DNA of 34,080 nucleotides from a virus (Duplodnaviria; Heunggongvirae; Uroviricota; Caudoviricetes): IMG/VR virus record IMGVR_UViG_648276671_000020, positions 1 to 34,080 of that record; one strand, 5' to 3'. Shown piece by piece: positions 1 to 8,114 of this stretch (position 1 is its first letter; each line of letters starts with the position of its first letter). The notes under the pieces were generated by a model. It saw only the letters and a program-made list of their open reading frames with translations, ran no database searches and was not told where the DNA came from. The position numbers and the translations under genes were made by a program.

Positions 1-981
1 TTATAACGTCACTCCGCCTTTTAGTGGATTCAGAGCGACGGCATTTTGCAGGTAGTCAGGCGCAAGGTGCGCATAGGCCATCGTCTGCTGAATGCTCGCA
101 TGTCCCAGAATCTGTTGCAGTGCGATTATATTGCCCCCATTCATCATGAAATGGCTTGCGAATGTATGCCGCAGGATGTGGGTTGCCTGATTGGGTGGTA
201 TATCAGGTTTCACTCTGCGTAAAATCCCGCAAAATTTCTCATAATCAACTTTGAATAATTTGGCGCTGGCCTCCTCTTTAACTTTTTTCTCCAGTTCCTC
301 AGAAATCGGCACGGTTCGCTTTTTACCGTTTTTGGTTTTCAGGAAGGTAACCCTGCAATTTGTAATCTGTGCTGGTTTTAGCGTGGCAACTTCCGTCCAT
401 CTTCCTCCAGTGCTCAGACATAAAAGCGCGACAAGTAAGTCATCACCAGCCAAAACATTTAACAGTTTTTCGATTTCTGCTTTTTCCAGGAACGTCATTT
501 CAGGGTTGGCCTCCGCCAGTGGCGGCAGTCCGTGAATTGGGTGTTGCCCGGAAAATTCATCCAATTGAATTAATTTTGTGAACATGCCGGATAATCGGTA
601 CATGTCACGGTTTATCGTTGCGGCACTGATACCATCACGTAGTCGCATGGAACGATAATCCATCAAAGCCCTTTTGCTCATCCGGCTCACTGGTATATCA
701 CCTATGCCGCTGATGGTTTTGAGTAGATGATTAAACTCTTTTGTTCCATGCTCGTGGTTTTGCCCGTGATATTTCCACCAGATGTCCAGCAACTCACTCA
801 AAGTTCGGCGGTCTGCTCGCTGGCCTCCCCATTCTTTCTGACTGGCATTGGCGATTGTGTATCGCTCAAATGCTAGTGCTTCAGCTTTTCTTTCGAATTT
901 CCTGCGGATGCGTTTTCCGTCGCGACCGCGAGGTCTAATGTCCACTTCATAGCGACCATCATCGAGCTTCTTAATTGCCAT
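1..981 (-). CDS. int: Tyrosine integrase, P2 Int-like
   Basis: Track ORF 1..1011(-). Internal ATG giving MAIKKLDDGRYEV... is preceded by GGAGGG, so start set at 981. N-terminus matches my memory of P2 Int. Stop codon is the first 3 nt of the window. Confidence 0.9.
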   Translation of the reverse strand: MAIKKLDDGRYEVDIRPRGRDGKRIRRKFERKAEALAFERYTIANASQKEWGGQRADRRTLSELLDIWWKYHGQNHEHGTKEFNHLLKTISGIGDIPVSRMSKRALMDYRSMRLRDGISAATINRDMYRLSGMFTKLIQLDEFSGQHPIHGLPPLAEANPEMTFLEKAEIEKLLNVLAGDDLLVALLCLSTGGRWTEVATLKPAQITNCRVTFLKTKNGKKRTVPISEELEKKVKEEASAKLFKVDYEKFCGILRRVKPDIPPNQATHILRHTFASHFMMNGGNIIALQQILGHASIQQTMAYAHLAPDYLQNAVALNPLKGGVTL

Positions 982-1050
982 AAGAAAGCCCTCCGGCGCT
1001 GTATTCACCATCTTGGTAGCAAATGGTGAAAATGTAATCTTTATATAGAG

Positions 1051-1344
1051 TTAGCCAATCCTTTTCGCGGAGTGGTTGGACTCTGTTGACTCTGGCCCAA
1101 TGTGCGCGAGAGCCGGTGCGATTTGTCCTGCGTCCGGCGCGGTTTTATCTGTCATAAGCCATAGAGCATATTTTTGGAATGTGGGATGCATAGTGATTTT
1201 TAGCAAAGCTGTGCCACCGGGTTCAAAGTTTCCTCCTTCATATTTTTTAAGTGTGCTTAGCGGTAACTCTATGATTTCACAGAATTTTGATTGGCTTAGC
1301 CCTTCAGCCTCACGCAAGGCCTTAATCTTTTCGCTTAATTTCAT
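1051..1344 (-). CDS. C: Immunity repressor, P2 C-like
   Basis: 97 aa with an N-terminal HTH-like segment and a ...GQIAPALAH... region as in P2 C. Lies between int and a divergent cox, the P2 arrangement. Confidence 0.8.
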   Translation of the reverse strand: MKLSEKIKALREAEGLSQSKFCEIIELPLSTLKKYEGGNFEPGGTALLKITMHPTFQKYALWLMTDKTAPDAGQIAPALAHIGPESTESNHSAKRIG

Positions 1345-1349
1345 TTGAC

Positions 1350-1410
1350 ATGGTGCCTATATAGGGACTAAATTCCCTCAAAACTGGAACCTATATAGGT
1401 TCCATTGATT
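1350..1410. promoter_or_regulatory. Early operator/promoter region between C and cox (Pe/Pc-like), with two CCTATATAGG elements
   Basis: CCTATATAGG occurs at about 1356..1365 and 1390..1399. The second lies in a perfect 18-bp palindrome GGAACCTATATAGGTTCC (about 1386..1403). Position between divergent repressor and cox genes. Confidence 0.5.
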
Positions 1411-1480
1411 TGAGAATAAACCAGCGTCTAAACGGTTTTGAGTGGTTTAGAAAGGGCTGGATCCTATGAGGGTACCATAT

Positions 1481-1753
1481 ATGGACGCTGAAAATTATGT
1501 GATTCAGTATCCGCTTGATGCGGTTCATGTGGATAAATTTGCTGATTTATTAGGGAAGCCAAAGACAGCCGTCAGTGAAATGGTGAAGGCAAATAAATTA
1601 CCAATTATTGAATTGCGTGATCCTTGCAAACCGAAGGCTCGTGCCGGTGAAAAATGGGTTTTCATTCCTGAGTTTAATCGCGCTGTACGTGAGGCGTTTT
1701 ATAACCGACCGGTTGAACAGCGTGATGCATGGCTTTTGTGGATGGGGTTGTGA
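1481..1753 (+). CDS. cox: Cox-like excisionase/transcriptional regulator
   Basis: Track ORF 1466..1753. Internal ATG at 1481 (GAGGG upstream) gives 91 aa, the size of P2 Cox. Position immediately after the operator, divergent from C. Confidence 0.7.
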   Translation: MDAENYVIQYPLDAVHVDKFADLLGKPKTAVSEMVKANKLPIIELRDPCKPKARAGEKWVFIPEFNRAVREAFYNRPVEQRDAWLLWMGL

Positions 1754-1755
1754 TT

Positions 1756-1926
1756 ATGAATGAGCCGCGTTGTATTGCTCAGTTATTGCGTAACGAAAGC
1801 CCCAGGGCGATTGACTTCACCATCACCCACGGGAAGGGACGCAAGGGAATCATTATCCGCACCAAAAAACAGAGTCCGTTAAAAAAGGCTCTGACCTTTC
1901 TGAAAAGCCGGAGGGTCTGGAAATGA
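1756..1926 (+). CDS. Small early protein, hypothetical (P2 orf78 position)
   Basis: Track ORF 1729..1926. ATG at 1756 overlaps the cox stop. Called on early-operon position only. Confidence 0.4.
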   Translation: MNEPRCIAQLLRNESPRAIDFTITHGKGRKGIIIRTKKQSPLKKALTFLKSRRVWK

Positions 1927-2423
1927 CAGTGATGACGCTCAATCTCGTTGAAAAACAGCCAGCAGCTATGCGCCGGATAATTGGCAAGCATCTTGCCGTC
2001 CCTCGCTGGCAGGATACATGTGATTATTATAATCAGATGATGGAGCGCGAACGGCTAACGGTTTGCTTTCATGCGCAGTTAAAGCAGCGTCATGCAACGA
2101 TGCGTTTTGAAGAAATGAACGACGTCGAACGTGAACGGCTGGTTTGTGCAATTGATGAATTGCGTGGGGCATTCTCAAAACGCCGTCAGGTTGGCGCAAG
2201 TGAGTATGCATATATTAGTTTTTTAACCGTCAGTCAGCGCCGTACATTATTTATGCATGCCGGATTGACAGAAAAAGAATTTAACCAGCCGTACTGGCGA
2301 ATTAATGAAGAATCATGTTACTGGCGTGATGCTTTATTCCGTGCATTACGTGAATTATTCAGCCTGTTTGAGTATGCACCGACAATTCTGACGTCGGTAA
2401 AACCAGAGCAATATCTGCATTAA
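1923..2423 (+). CDS. B: Replication protein B-like
   Basis: 166 aa, the size of P2 gpB. ATG overlaps the upstream stop. Correct position in the early operon. Confidence 0.6.
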   Translation: MTVMTLNLVEKQPAAMRRIIGKHLAVPRWQDTCDYYNQMMERERLTVCFHAQLKQRHATMRFEEMNDVERERLVCAIDELRGAFSKRRQVGASEYAYISFLTVSQRRTLFMHAGLTEKEFNQPYWRINEESCYWRDALFRALRELFSLFEYAPTILTSVKPEQYLH

Positions 2424-2485
2424 GTAATTAACCAGAGTTTTAACGCACTTAATCGTGCGGGGATTCTTTTTGCCTGGAGAAAGTC

Positions 2486-2710
2486 ATGCGTACAGTTTCT
2501 GAAAATCAGTGCGGTAAATACGCATTACTGCTGCAACAGGCCAGAACCGAAGCACAGGCCGACGCAGCGACGCGCTTTTCTTCTCATCTTGACGCCATGA
2601 TTCGCCACATCACAAAGGCGGAGTTATCCCGCGTAGAGATAGTCGAGCTGCTCAGTCAGGAGTCGGAAAAATTTCACAATATCGGATTGTCTCGCGGGGA
2701 GGTGCTTTGA
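2486..2710 (+). CDS. Hypothetical early protein
   Basis: 74 aa ORF with GGAGA RBS before the ATG at 2486. Confidence 0.5.
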   Translation: MRTVSENQCGKYALLLQQARTEAQADAATRFSSHLDAMIRHITKAELSRVEIVELLSQESEKFHNIGLSRGEVL

Positions 2711-3012
2711 TGTCCTGTTCTCGTTCAGTTGTATTACTGAATAACGCCTTAAAAATCACCGTTATGAAAAATGGCGATCTATCTCTTATTCAACTTGGTC
2801 TTGATAAAGAAAAACGCGAAATAACTGAGTCTGTTATCGCGATTTATCAGAACGAATTAAATCTCCTGTCTGATGTGGTCAATTTACTTGTTAAACGCGC
2901 TGTATTTCACAAGCAAATCTCCTCCGTGGATGAACTGACGAAATTAACGACAGAAATTGCCAGCTATTGCGCTGATGAATTTAAAAAACTTAACGACAAA
3001 AGGAGCTGGTAA
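2710..3012 (+). CDS. Hypothetical early protein
   Basis: Track ORF 2707..3012 starts at TTG. ATG at 2710 has GGAGG upstream and overlaps the previous stop. Confidence 0.5.
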   Translation: MSCSRSVVLLNNALKITVMKNGDLSLIQLGLDKEKREITESVIAIYQNELNLLSDVVNLLVKRAVFHKQISSVDELTKLTTEIASYCADEFKKLNDKRSW

Positions 3013-3236
3013 TGCCGGACAACGTAGATTTTATTCAGGAACAACAGGCTGAATTACTGGAGCGTCAGATTAACGCGGCAAGGGTAAAACATTACGGTGC
3101 TTCTGCGCTGGTTTGCGAAGAGTGTGACGCGCCAATACCTGCTGCCCGTCGTGCGGCTTATCCGTCAGCCACGCGTTGTGTTTCCTGCCAGTCAGTCTTT
3201 GAAGCAAAAAACAAACATTACCGGAGAACGGCATGA
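3012..3236 (+). CDS. TraR/DksA-family C4 zinc-finger protein
   Basis: 74 aa with CxxC (CEEC) and CxxC (CVSC) pairs in the arrangement typical of the TraR/DksA fold. Equivalent position to P2 orf82. Confidence 0.7.
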   Translation: MPDNVDFIQEQQAELLERQINAARVKHYGASALVCEECDAPIPAARRAAYPSATRCVSCQSVFEAKNKHYRRTA

Positions 3237-3508
3237 GTATTCGTATTGAAATTGGCGAACGTTATGTCGTTACCAGTGACAGCTTTCAGTTTATTCTCCA
3301 CGAGAAAAAGAGAGCGGAAAGCGGTAAAAACGCCGGTCAGGAATGGCTTGCGGTGGTTGGTTATTATCCGAAATTAAGCCAGCTCGTTTCCGGCCTGATG
3401 CATCACGATATTCTGACCGGAAGCGCAAAGTCTTTTGCTGATTTAAACGCGCAGGTTGAGCAACTCAGCAGGCGTTGTTCAGAGGCTTTTGGCTCATATG
3501 GCCGTTAA
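3233..3508 (+). CDS. Hypothetical early protein
   Basis: 91 aa ORF, ATG at 3233, overlaps the A start. Confidence 0.5.
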   Translation: MSIRIEIGERYVVTSDSFQFILHEKKRAESGKNAGQEWLAVVGYYPKLSQLVSGLMHHDILTGSAKSFADLNAQVEQLSRRCSEAFGSYGR

Positions 3509-5774
3509 AGCCTCCGGGCGTTTTGTCCCTCCTTCAGCATTTGCTGCAGGCACCGGTAAGGCGTTTACCGGTGCTTATGCATGGAACGCGCCACGCGAGG
3601 CCGTCGGGCGCGAAAGACCCCTTACACGTGACGAGATGCGTCAGGTGCAAGGTGTTTTATCCACGATTAACCGCCTGCCTTACTTTTTGCGCTCGCTGTT
3701 TACTTCACGCTATGACTACATCCGGCGCAATAAAAGTCCGGTACACGGGTTTTATTTCCTCACATCCACTTTTCAGCGTCGTTTATGGCCGCGTATTGAG
3801 CGTGTGAATCAGCGCCATGAAATGAACACCGACGCGTCGTTGCTGTTTCTGGCAGAGCGTGACCACTATGCGCGCCTGCCTGGAATGAATGACAAGGAGC
3901 TGAAAAAGTTTGCCGCCCGTATCTCATCGCAGCTTTTCATGATGTATGAGGAACTCTGCGATGCCTGGGTGGATGCGCATGGCGAAAAAGAATCGCTGTT
4001 TACGGATGAGGCGCAGGCTCACCTGTATGGTCATGTTGCTGGCGCTGCACGTGCTTTCAATATTTCCCCTCTCTACTGGAAAAAATACCGTAAAGGACAG
4101 ATGACCACGAGGCAGGCATATTCTGCCATTGCCCGTCTGTTTAACGATGAGTGGTGGACTCATCAGCTTAAAGGCCAGCGTATGCGCTGGCATGAGGCGT
4201 TACTGATTGCTGTCGGGGAGGTGAATAAAGACCGTTCTCCTTATGCCAGTAAACATGCCATTCGTGATGTGCGTGCGCGCCGCCAGGCAAATCTGGAATT
4301 TCTTAAATCGTGTGACCTTGAAAACAGGGAAACCGGCGAACGCATCGACCTTATCAGTAAGGTTATGGGCAGTATTTCTAATCCTGAAATTCGCCGGATG
4401 GAGCTGATGAACACCATCGCCGGTATTGAGCGTTACGCCGCTGCAGAGGGTGATGTGGGGATGTTTATCACGCTGACCGCGCCGTCAAAATATCACCCGA
4501 CACGTCAGGTCGGAAAAGGTGAAAGTAAAACCGTCCAGCTTAATCACGGCTGGAACGATGAGGCATTTAATCCAAAAGATGCGCAGCGTTATCTCTGCCG
4601 TATCTGGAGCCTGATGCGCACGGCATTCAAGGATAATGATTTACAGGCTTATGGTTTGCGTGTTGTTGAGCCACACCACGACGGAACGCCGCACTGGCAT
4701 ATGATGCTTTTTTGTAATCCACGCCAGCGTAACCAGATTATCGAAATCATGCGTCGCTATGCGCTCAAAGAGGATGGCGACGAAAGAGGAGCCGCGCGAA
4801 ACCGTTTTCAGGCAAAACACCTTAACCGGGGCGGTGCTGCGGGATATATCGCGAAATACATCTCAAAAAACATCGACGGCTATGCGCTGGATGGTCAGCT
4901 CGATAACGATACCGGCAGGCCGCTGAAAGACACAGCGGCGGCTGTTACCGCATGGGCGTCAACGTGGCGCATCCCGCAATTTAAAACGGTTGGCCTGCCG
5001 ACAATGGGGGCTTACCGTGAACTACGCAAATTGCCTCGCGGCGTCAGCATTGCTGATGAGTTTGACGAGCGCGTCGAGGCTGCACGCGCCGCCGCAGACA
5101 GTGGTGATTTTGCGTTGTATATCAGCGCGCAGGGTGGGGCAAATGTTCCGCGCGATTGTCAGACTGTCAGAGTCGCCCGTAGCCCGTCGGATGACGTTAA
5201 CGAGTACGAGGAAGAAGTCGAGAGAGTGGTCGGCATTTACGCGCCGCATCTCGGCGCGCGTCATATTCATATCACCAGAACCACGGACTGGCGCATTGTG
5301 CCGAAAGTGCCGGTCGTTGAGCCTTTGACTTTAAAAAGCGGCATCGCCGCGCCTCGGAGTCCTGTCAATAACTGTGGAAAGGTCACCGGTGGTGATACTT
5401 CGTTACCGGCTCCCACACCTTCTGAGCACGCCGCAGCAGTGCTTAATCTGGTTGATGACGGTGTTATTGAATGGAATGAACCGGAGGTCGTGAGGGCGCT
5501 CAGGGGCGCATTAAAACACGACCTGCGAACGCCAAACCGTCAGCAAAGAAACGGAAGCCCGTTAAAACCACATGAAATTGCACCATCGGCCAGACTGACC
5601 CGGTCGGAAAGAATGCAAATTACCCGTATCCGCGTTGACCTTGCTCAGAACGGTATCAGGCCGCAGCGATGGGAGCTTGAGGCGCTGGCGCGTGGCGCGA
5701 CCGTAAATTATGACGGGAAAAAATTCACGTATCCGGTCGCTGATGAGTGGCCGGGATTTTTGTTATCCATTTGA
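3498..5774 (+). CDS. A: Replication initiation protein A (rolling-circle nickase)
   Basis: Track ORF 3456..5774 starts at TTG. ATG at 3498 gives MAVKASGRFVPPSAF..., as I recall for P2 gpA. About 758 aa, contains an HWHMM (HUH-like) motif. Confidence 0.9.
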   Translation: MAVKASGRFVPPSAFAAGTGKAFTGAYAWNAPREAVGRERPLTRDEMRQVQGVLSTINRLPYFLRSLFTSRYDYIRRNKSPVHGFYFLTSTFQRRLWPRIERVNQRHEMNTDASLLFLAERDHYARLPGMNDKELKKFAARISSQLFMMYEELCDAWVDAHGEKESLFTDEAQAHLYGHVAGAARAFNISPLYWKKYRKGQMTTRQAYSAIARLFNDEWWTHQLKGQRMRWHEALLIAVGEVNKDRSPYASKHAIRDVRARRQANLEFLKSCDLENRETGERIDLISKVMGSISNPEIRRMELMNTIAGIERYAAAEGDVGMFITLTAPSKYHPTRQVGKGESKTVQLNHGWNDEAFNPKDAQRYLCRIWSLMRTAFKDNDLQAYGLRVVEPHHDGTPHWHMMLFCNPRQRNQIIEIMRRYALKEDGDERGAARNRFQAKHLNRGGAAGYIAKYISKNIDGYALDGQLDNDTGRPLKDTAAAVTAWASTWRIPQFKTVGLPTMGAYRELRKLPRGVSIADEFDERVEAARAAADSGDFALYISAQGGANVPRDCQTVRVARSPSDDVNEYEEEVERVVGIYAPHLGARHIHITRTTDWRIVPKVPVVEPLTLKSGIAAPRSPVNNCGKVTGGDTSLPAPTPSEHAAAVLNLVDDGVIEWNEPEVVRALRGALKHDLRTPNRQQRNGSPLKPHEIAPSARLTRSERMQITRIRVDLAQNGIRPQRWELEALARGATVNYDGKKFTYPVADEWPGFLLSI

Positions 5775-5992
5775 GTAAAAACACAACGTGATTTGATATG
5801 CCTTTGAATGGTTTATGTGGAGCGACTCTAAGGCAGAGGAAGGTCAATAGCATGCTGAATTAAAAGGCTAAATTGTATGGAATCGCTAGCATGTAATTGA
5901 GGGCAGCTATTTGATTCGAGTCATAAAAGAGCATCTATTTCGGCTAATAAAATCATTGCGAGTGACCTTCTGTCGAAGCATAATTCGTCTCG

Positions 5993-6006
5993 AGCGAAGT
6001 CTTGCT
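5993..6006. repeat. Direct repeat GAGCGAAGTCTTGC, copy 1
   Basis: Exact 14-bp match to 6256..6269. Upstream CTAAGGC(A/G)GAG and GAGTGAC motifs are also shared. Confidence 0.6.
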
Positions 6007-6034
6007 AGTCTTTCATCGGGTTGATGACGGGCGC

Positions 6035-6064
6035 AAAAAAACCACCCTGGCAGGTGGTTTTTTT
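6035..6064. terminator. Bidirectional intrinsic terminator
   Basis: A-run, hairpin ACCACCCTGGCAGGTGGT (about 6041..6058), T-run. Lies downstream of A (+) and of the small minus-strand ORF. Confidence 0.55.
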
Positions 6065-6076
6065 GTTTGAAGCATA

Positions 6077-6190
6077 CTAAAGAAAAATACTTACATGGAT
6101 ATTACTGACGTTTACTGACAAACCACTCGGACTACCGTTTGGATAGCCAAAGAGAGCCAGAACGAGAATGCAGTAGTAGCACTTCTTCAT
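6077..6190 (-). CDS. Small hydrophobic peptide, 37 aa (MKKCYYCILVLALFGYPNGSPSGLSVNVSNIHVSIFL)
   Basis: Below the track's size cutoff; found by hand. ATG preceded by AGGAGG at 6-nt spacing; stop lies just before the bidirectional terminator. Confidence 0.35.
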   Translation of the reverse strand: MKKCYYCILVLALFGYPNGSPSGLSVNVSNIHVSIFL

Positions 6191-6255
6191 ATTGCCTCCT
6201 GTAAGCAGAGGGCAACTTCCGCCGGTATATGCGCTTCTAAGGCGGAGTGACTATT

Positions 6256-6269
6256 GAGCGAAGTCTTGC
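6256..6269. repeat. Direct repeat GAGCGAAGTCTTGC, copy 2
   Basis: Exact 14-bp match to 5993..6006. Preceded by CTAAGGCGGAGTGAC, related to sequence at about 5828..5838 and 5960..5966. Confidence 0.6.
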
Positions 6270-6847
6270 CCTGAAATAATGCTCTGTTTAAACGCAAAGT
6301 GATCTGGCACATCACCGAACAGAGAGCCTGAACAACACAACATATAGTATGTCGTTGTTTCTGGCTGCATTTTATGTTGTGTAATACTGGTTTTGCATCA
6401 AGGATGTTTGAGCTTTTTTTGATATAGCTCAAAGTAAAAAACAGAGGCTACGGATGATAAGGCCTTGAAAGCAGTCTAAATTTTTTAAATTTGTCAGTGA
6501 TTGAAAAATACACAATACGATGTAGCCTAACTGAATAGGCACTTAAAAATAACGTCATCAATCATATTAAAATCATATTGTTATGGTAGTTATGGAGCGA
6601 TGGTGGTGCTGAAATTTGCTTTAAGTATCACCAAGGTTTAACCACTCGCTACGCGAGGCGTTAGTGATTTTTTTGATCTCAATATTTTGATTTATAAGAT
6701 TTTTACAAAACATAAGCTGATCACAAGTATTCATCGGTTGTTATCATCAAAGATATAGTGCTGTGTGCAGAAATGAATGCATAGGTGATGTCAAAAATGT
6801 TATGGGAAAACGTGGATTAGTGTTATAGTAAAGGCGTAAAAACAGTC

Positions 6848-6876
6848 TTGACGAAAAATAACAACTGTGATAAGGC
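6848..6876 (+). promoter_or_regulatory. Putative sigma70-type promoter for the ImmA-like gene
   Basis: TTGACG, 17-bp spacer, TAAGGC, about 35 bp upstream of the ATG at 6910, inside an AT-rich stretch. Weak -10. Confidence 0.25.
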
Positions 6877-6909
6877 TGTATCCCTTTAACTTCAAATGTA
6901 GGAGGCACC

Positions 6910-7395
6910 ATGAGTATTGCAGCTAAAAATCTGCTTAGTCGCTACTGGGATCGCCGACTACCTGTCGATCCGTTTAAACTCGCCGCAGCATGGGGAGCAA
7001 GAGTGGAGGCACTCACGGAGTCGGCGTTTAACAACGATGGGTTAAGTGGTCTGGCAGTAATTAAAAATGGCGTGCCTAGGATTTATTTCGATTCAACCGA
7101 GCACTATAACCGTCAACGCTTTACAGTAGCGCATGAGTTAGCTCATCACGTTTTGGGGCATACGAAGGATGGTGAGTTTCATCGCGATAGTGTGGGCAAC
7201 TATTCAACAGGTATTCGTGATTACCGTGAAATCGAAGCTAACCAGTTTGCCGCAGAACTATTGATGCCTGAAGATGCCATCCGTCAGTTGGTATCTCGTG
7301 AAGGAATTGATAGTACTTTACGTTTAGCCAACATATTTAATGTATCGGAAGCAGCGATGCACTGGCGACTAAAAGGGCTGGGTATGGCTTACTAA
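6910..7395 (+). CDS. ImmA/IrrE-family (COG2856/DUF955-like) HEXXH zinc metallopeptidase
   Basis: 161 aa with HELAHHVLGH followed by EIEANQFAAELLMPE, the signature I associate with ImmA/IrrE peptidases. AGGAGG RBS 5 nt before the ATG. AT-rich. Confidence 0.75.
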   Translation: MSIAAKNLLSRYWDRRLPVDPFKLAAAWGARVEALTESAFNNDGLSGLAVIKNGVPRIYFDSTEHYNRQRFTVAHELAHHVLGHTKDGEFHRDSVGNYSTGIRDYREIEANQFAAELLMPEDAIRQLVSREGIDSTLRLANIFNVSEAAMHWRLKGLGMAY

Positions 7396-7428
7396 TAGCC
7401 CTTTAACTTTTCCCAAACCAGTTTAGAA

Positions 7429-7462
7429 TCACCATTATCTATTAAGATAATGGTGATTTTTT
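7429..7462 (+). terminator. Perfect palindrome plus T-run (terminator/attenuator or operator)
   Basis: TCACCATTATC, 6-nt spacer TATTAA, GATAATGGTGA, then TTTTTT ending directly at the ATG of the next gene. Confidence 0.5.
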
Positions 7463-8092
7463 ATGGCAGAAATAGATCTTTCTGGGCAATCTCCGGCTCA
7501 GTCACCTCAACCTTCTAATTTACCACCTACGTCAACTCCTCGTGGGGATAGTGATCCCGATATTTTGTTACGTAGAGATGTGCATGATGCTATCGAGCGG
7601 AGATGGATGCGTTTGATTGTGTCGAGCATAGCTTTGCTTATTGCAATTTTGTTTTTAGTAGTTGGTTTGTGCTTTGCTCTTAAAGTTGGTAATGGATTAC
7701 TTCAGGCTAAAAGTAATATCGTTTCAGCTTTGACTCAGACTCAGACTCAGACTCAAAAAGATGTTTGCGAATTAAAGGGGGAATGCTCTGAGTCGAAATC
7801 AGAGTCTGTAAAACCAGTAGCCACAAAAAGTGTCCATCTCGACAAAAATGATAAGGCTATGGGTAACTTATCTACGGACTGGCTTTCTGCCAGTTCATTG
7901 ATTGCTATAGTTGCATTTATCCTTGGTGTTGGCTTGACCTTAATCCTTACACTCATTAAGTCTGCGTTTCATCATCCGACCGATAAAAACCAACCAGGGC
8001 AAAGAGCAAATGAGAGTATTGAGTTGGCAACCCCTCTAAGTGAACTGATTATGGGAATTGTTGATTATATTAAGGGTAAGTTATCCAAATAA
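7463..8092 (+). CDS. Membrane protein, two predicted TM helices, function unknown
   Basis: 209 aa. Pro/Ser-rich N-terminus, hydrophobic segments around residues 51-75 and 146-166, and a (TQ)4 repeat encoded by (GACTCA)4. Confidence 0.65.
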   Translation: MAEIDLSGQSPAQSPQPSNLPPTSTPRGDSDPDILLRRDVHDAIERRWMRLIVSSIALLIAILFLVVGLCFALKVGNGLLQAKSNIVSALTQTQTQTQKDVCELKGECSESKSESVKPVATKSVHLDKNDKAMGNLSTDWLSASSLIAIVAFILGVGLTLILTLIKSAFHHPTDKNQPGQRANESIELATPLSELIMGIVDYIKGKLSK

Positions 8093-8114
8093 CACCAAAT
8101 GGTTCAGCATAATA

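Noticed and set aside
3456-3497. Upstream TTG/GTG starts proposed by the ORF track for A (3456), L (14237), X (14737), O (11402), P (11324), ogr (32663) and fieF (33136)
   Set aside because: Internal ATG codons with a better RBS and/or translational coupling give the lengths I recall for the P2 proteins and FieF. The upstream extensions add out-of-context residues.
5820-6270. Repeated motif region considered as a retron msr/msd or other RT-associated ncRNA
   Set aside because: No reverse-transcriptase-sized ORF anywhere in the island. The only nearby proteins are a HEXXH peptidase and a small TM protein.
6187-6432. 81-aa minus-strand ORF from the six-frame track in cargo island 1
   Set aside because: It starts at a non-ATG (TTG) codon with no RBS, overlaps the direct-repeat copy 2, and has a Cys-rich low-complexity translation. 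The short RBS-bearing ORF at 6077..6190 is the better candidate in this region.
6560-6600. Tiny ORF MVVMERWWC with tandem Trp codons, considered as an attenuation leader peptide
   Set aside because: Only 9 codons, no RBS, and no adjacent terminator/antiterminator pair or biosynthetic genes. Most likely chance in AT-rich sequence.
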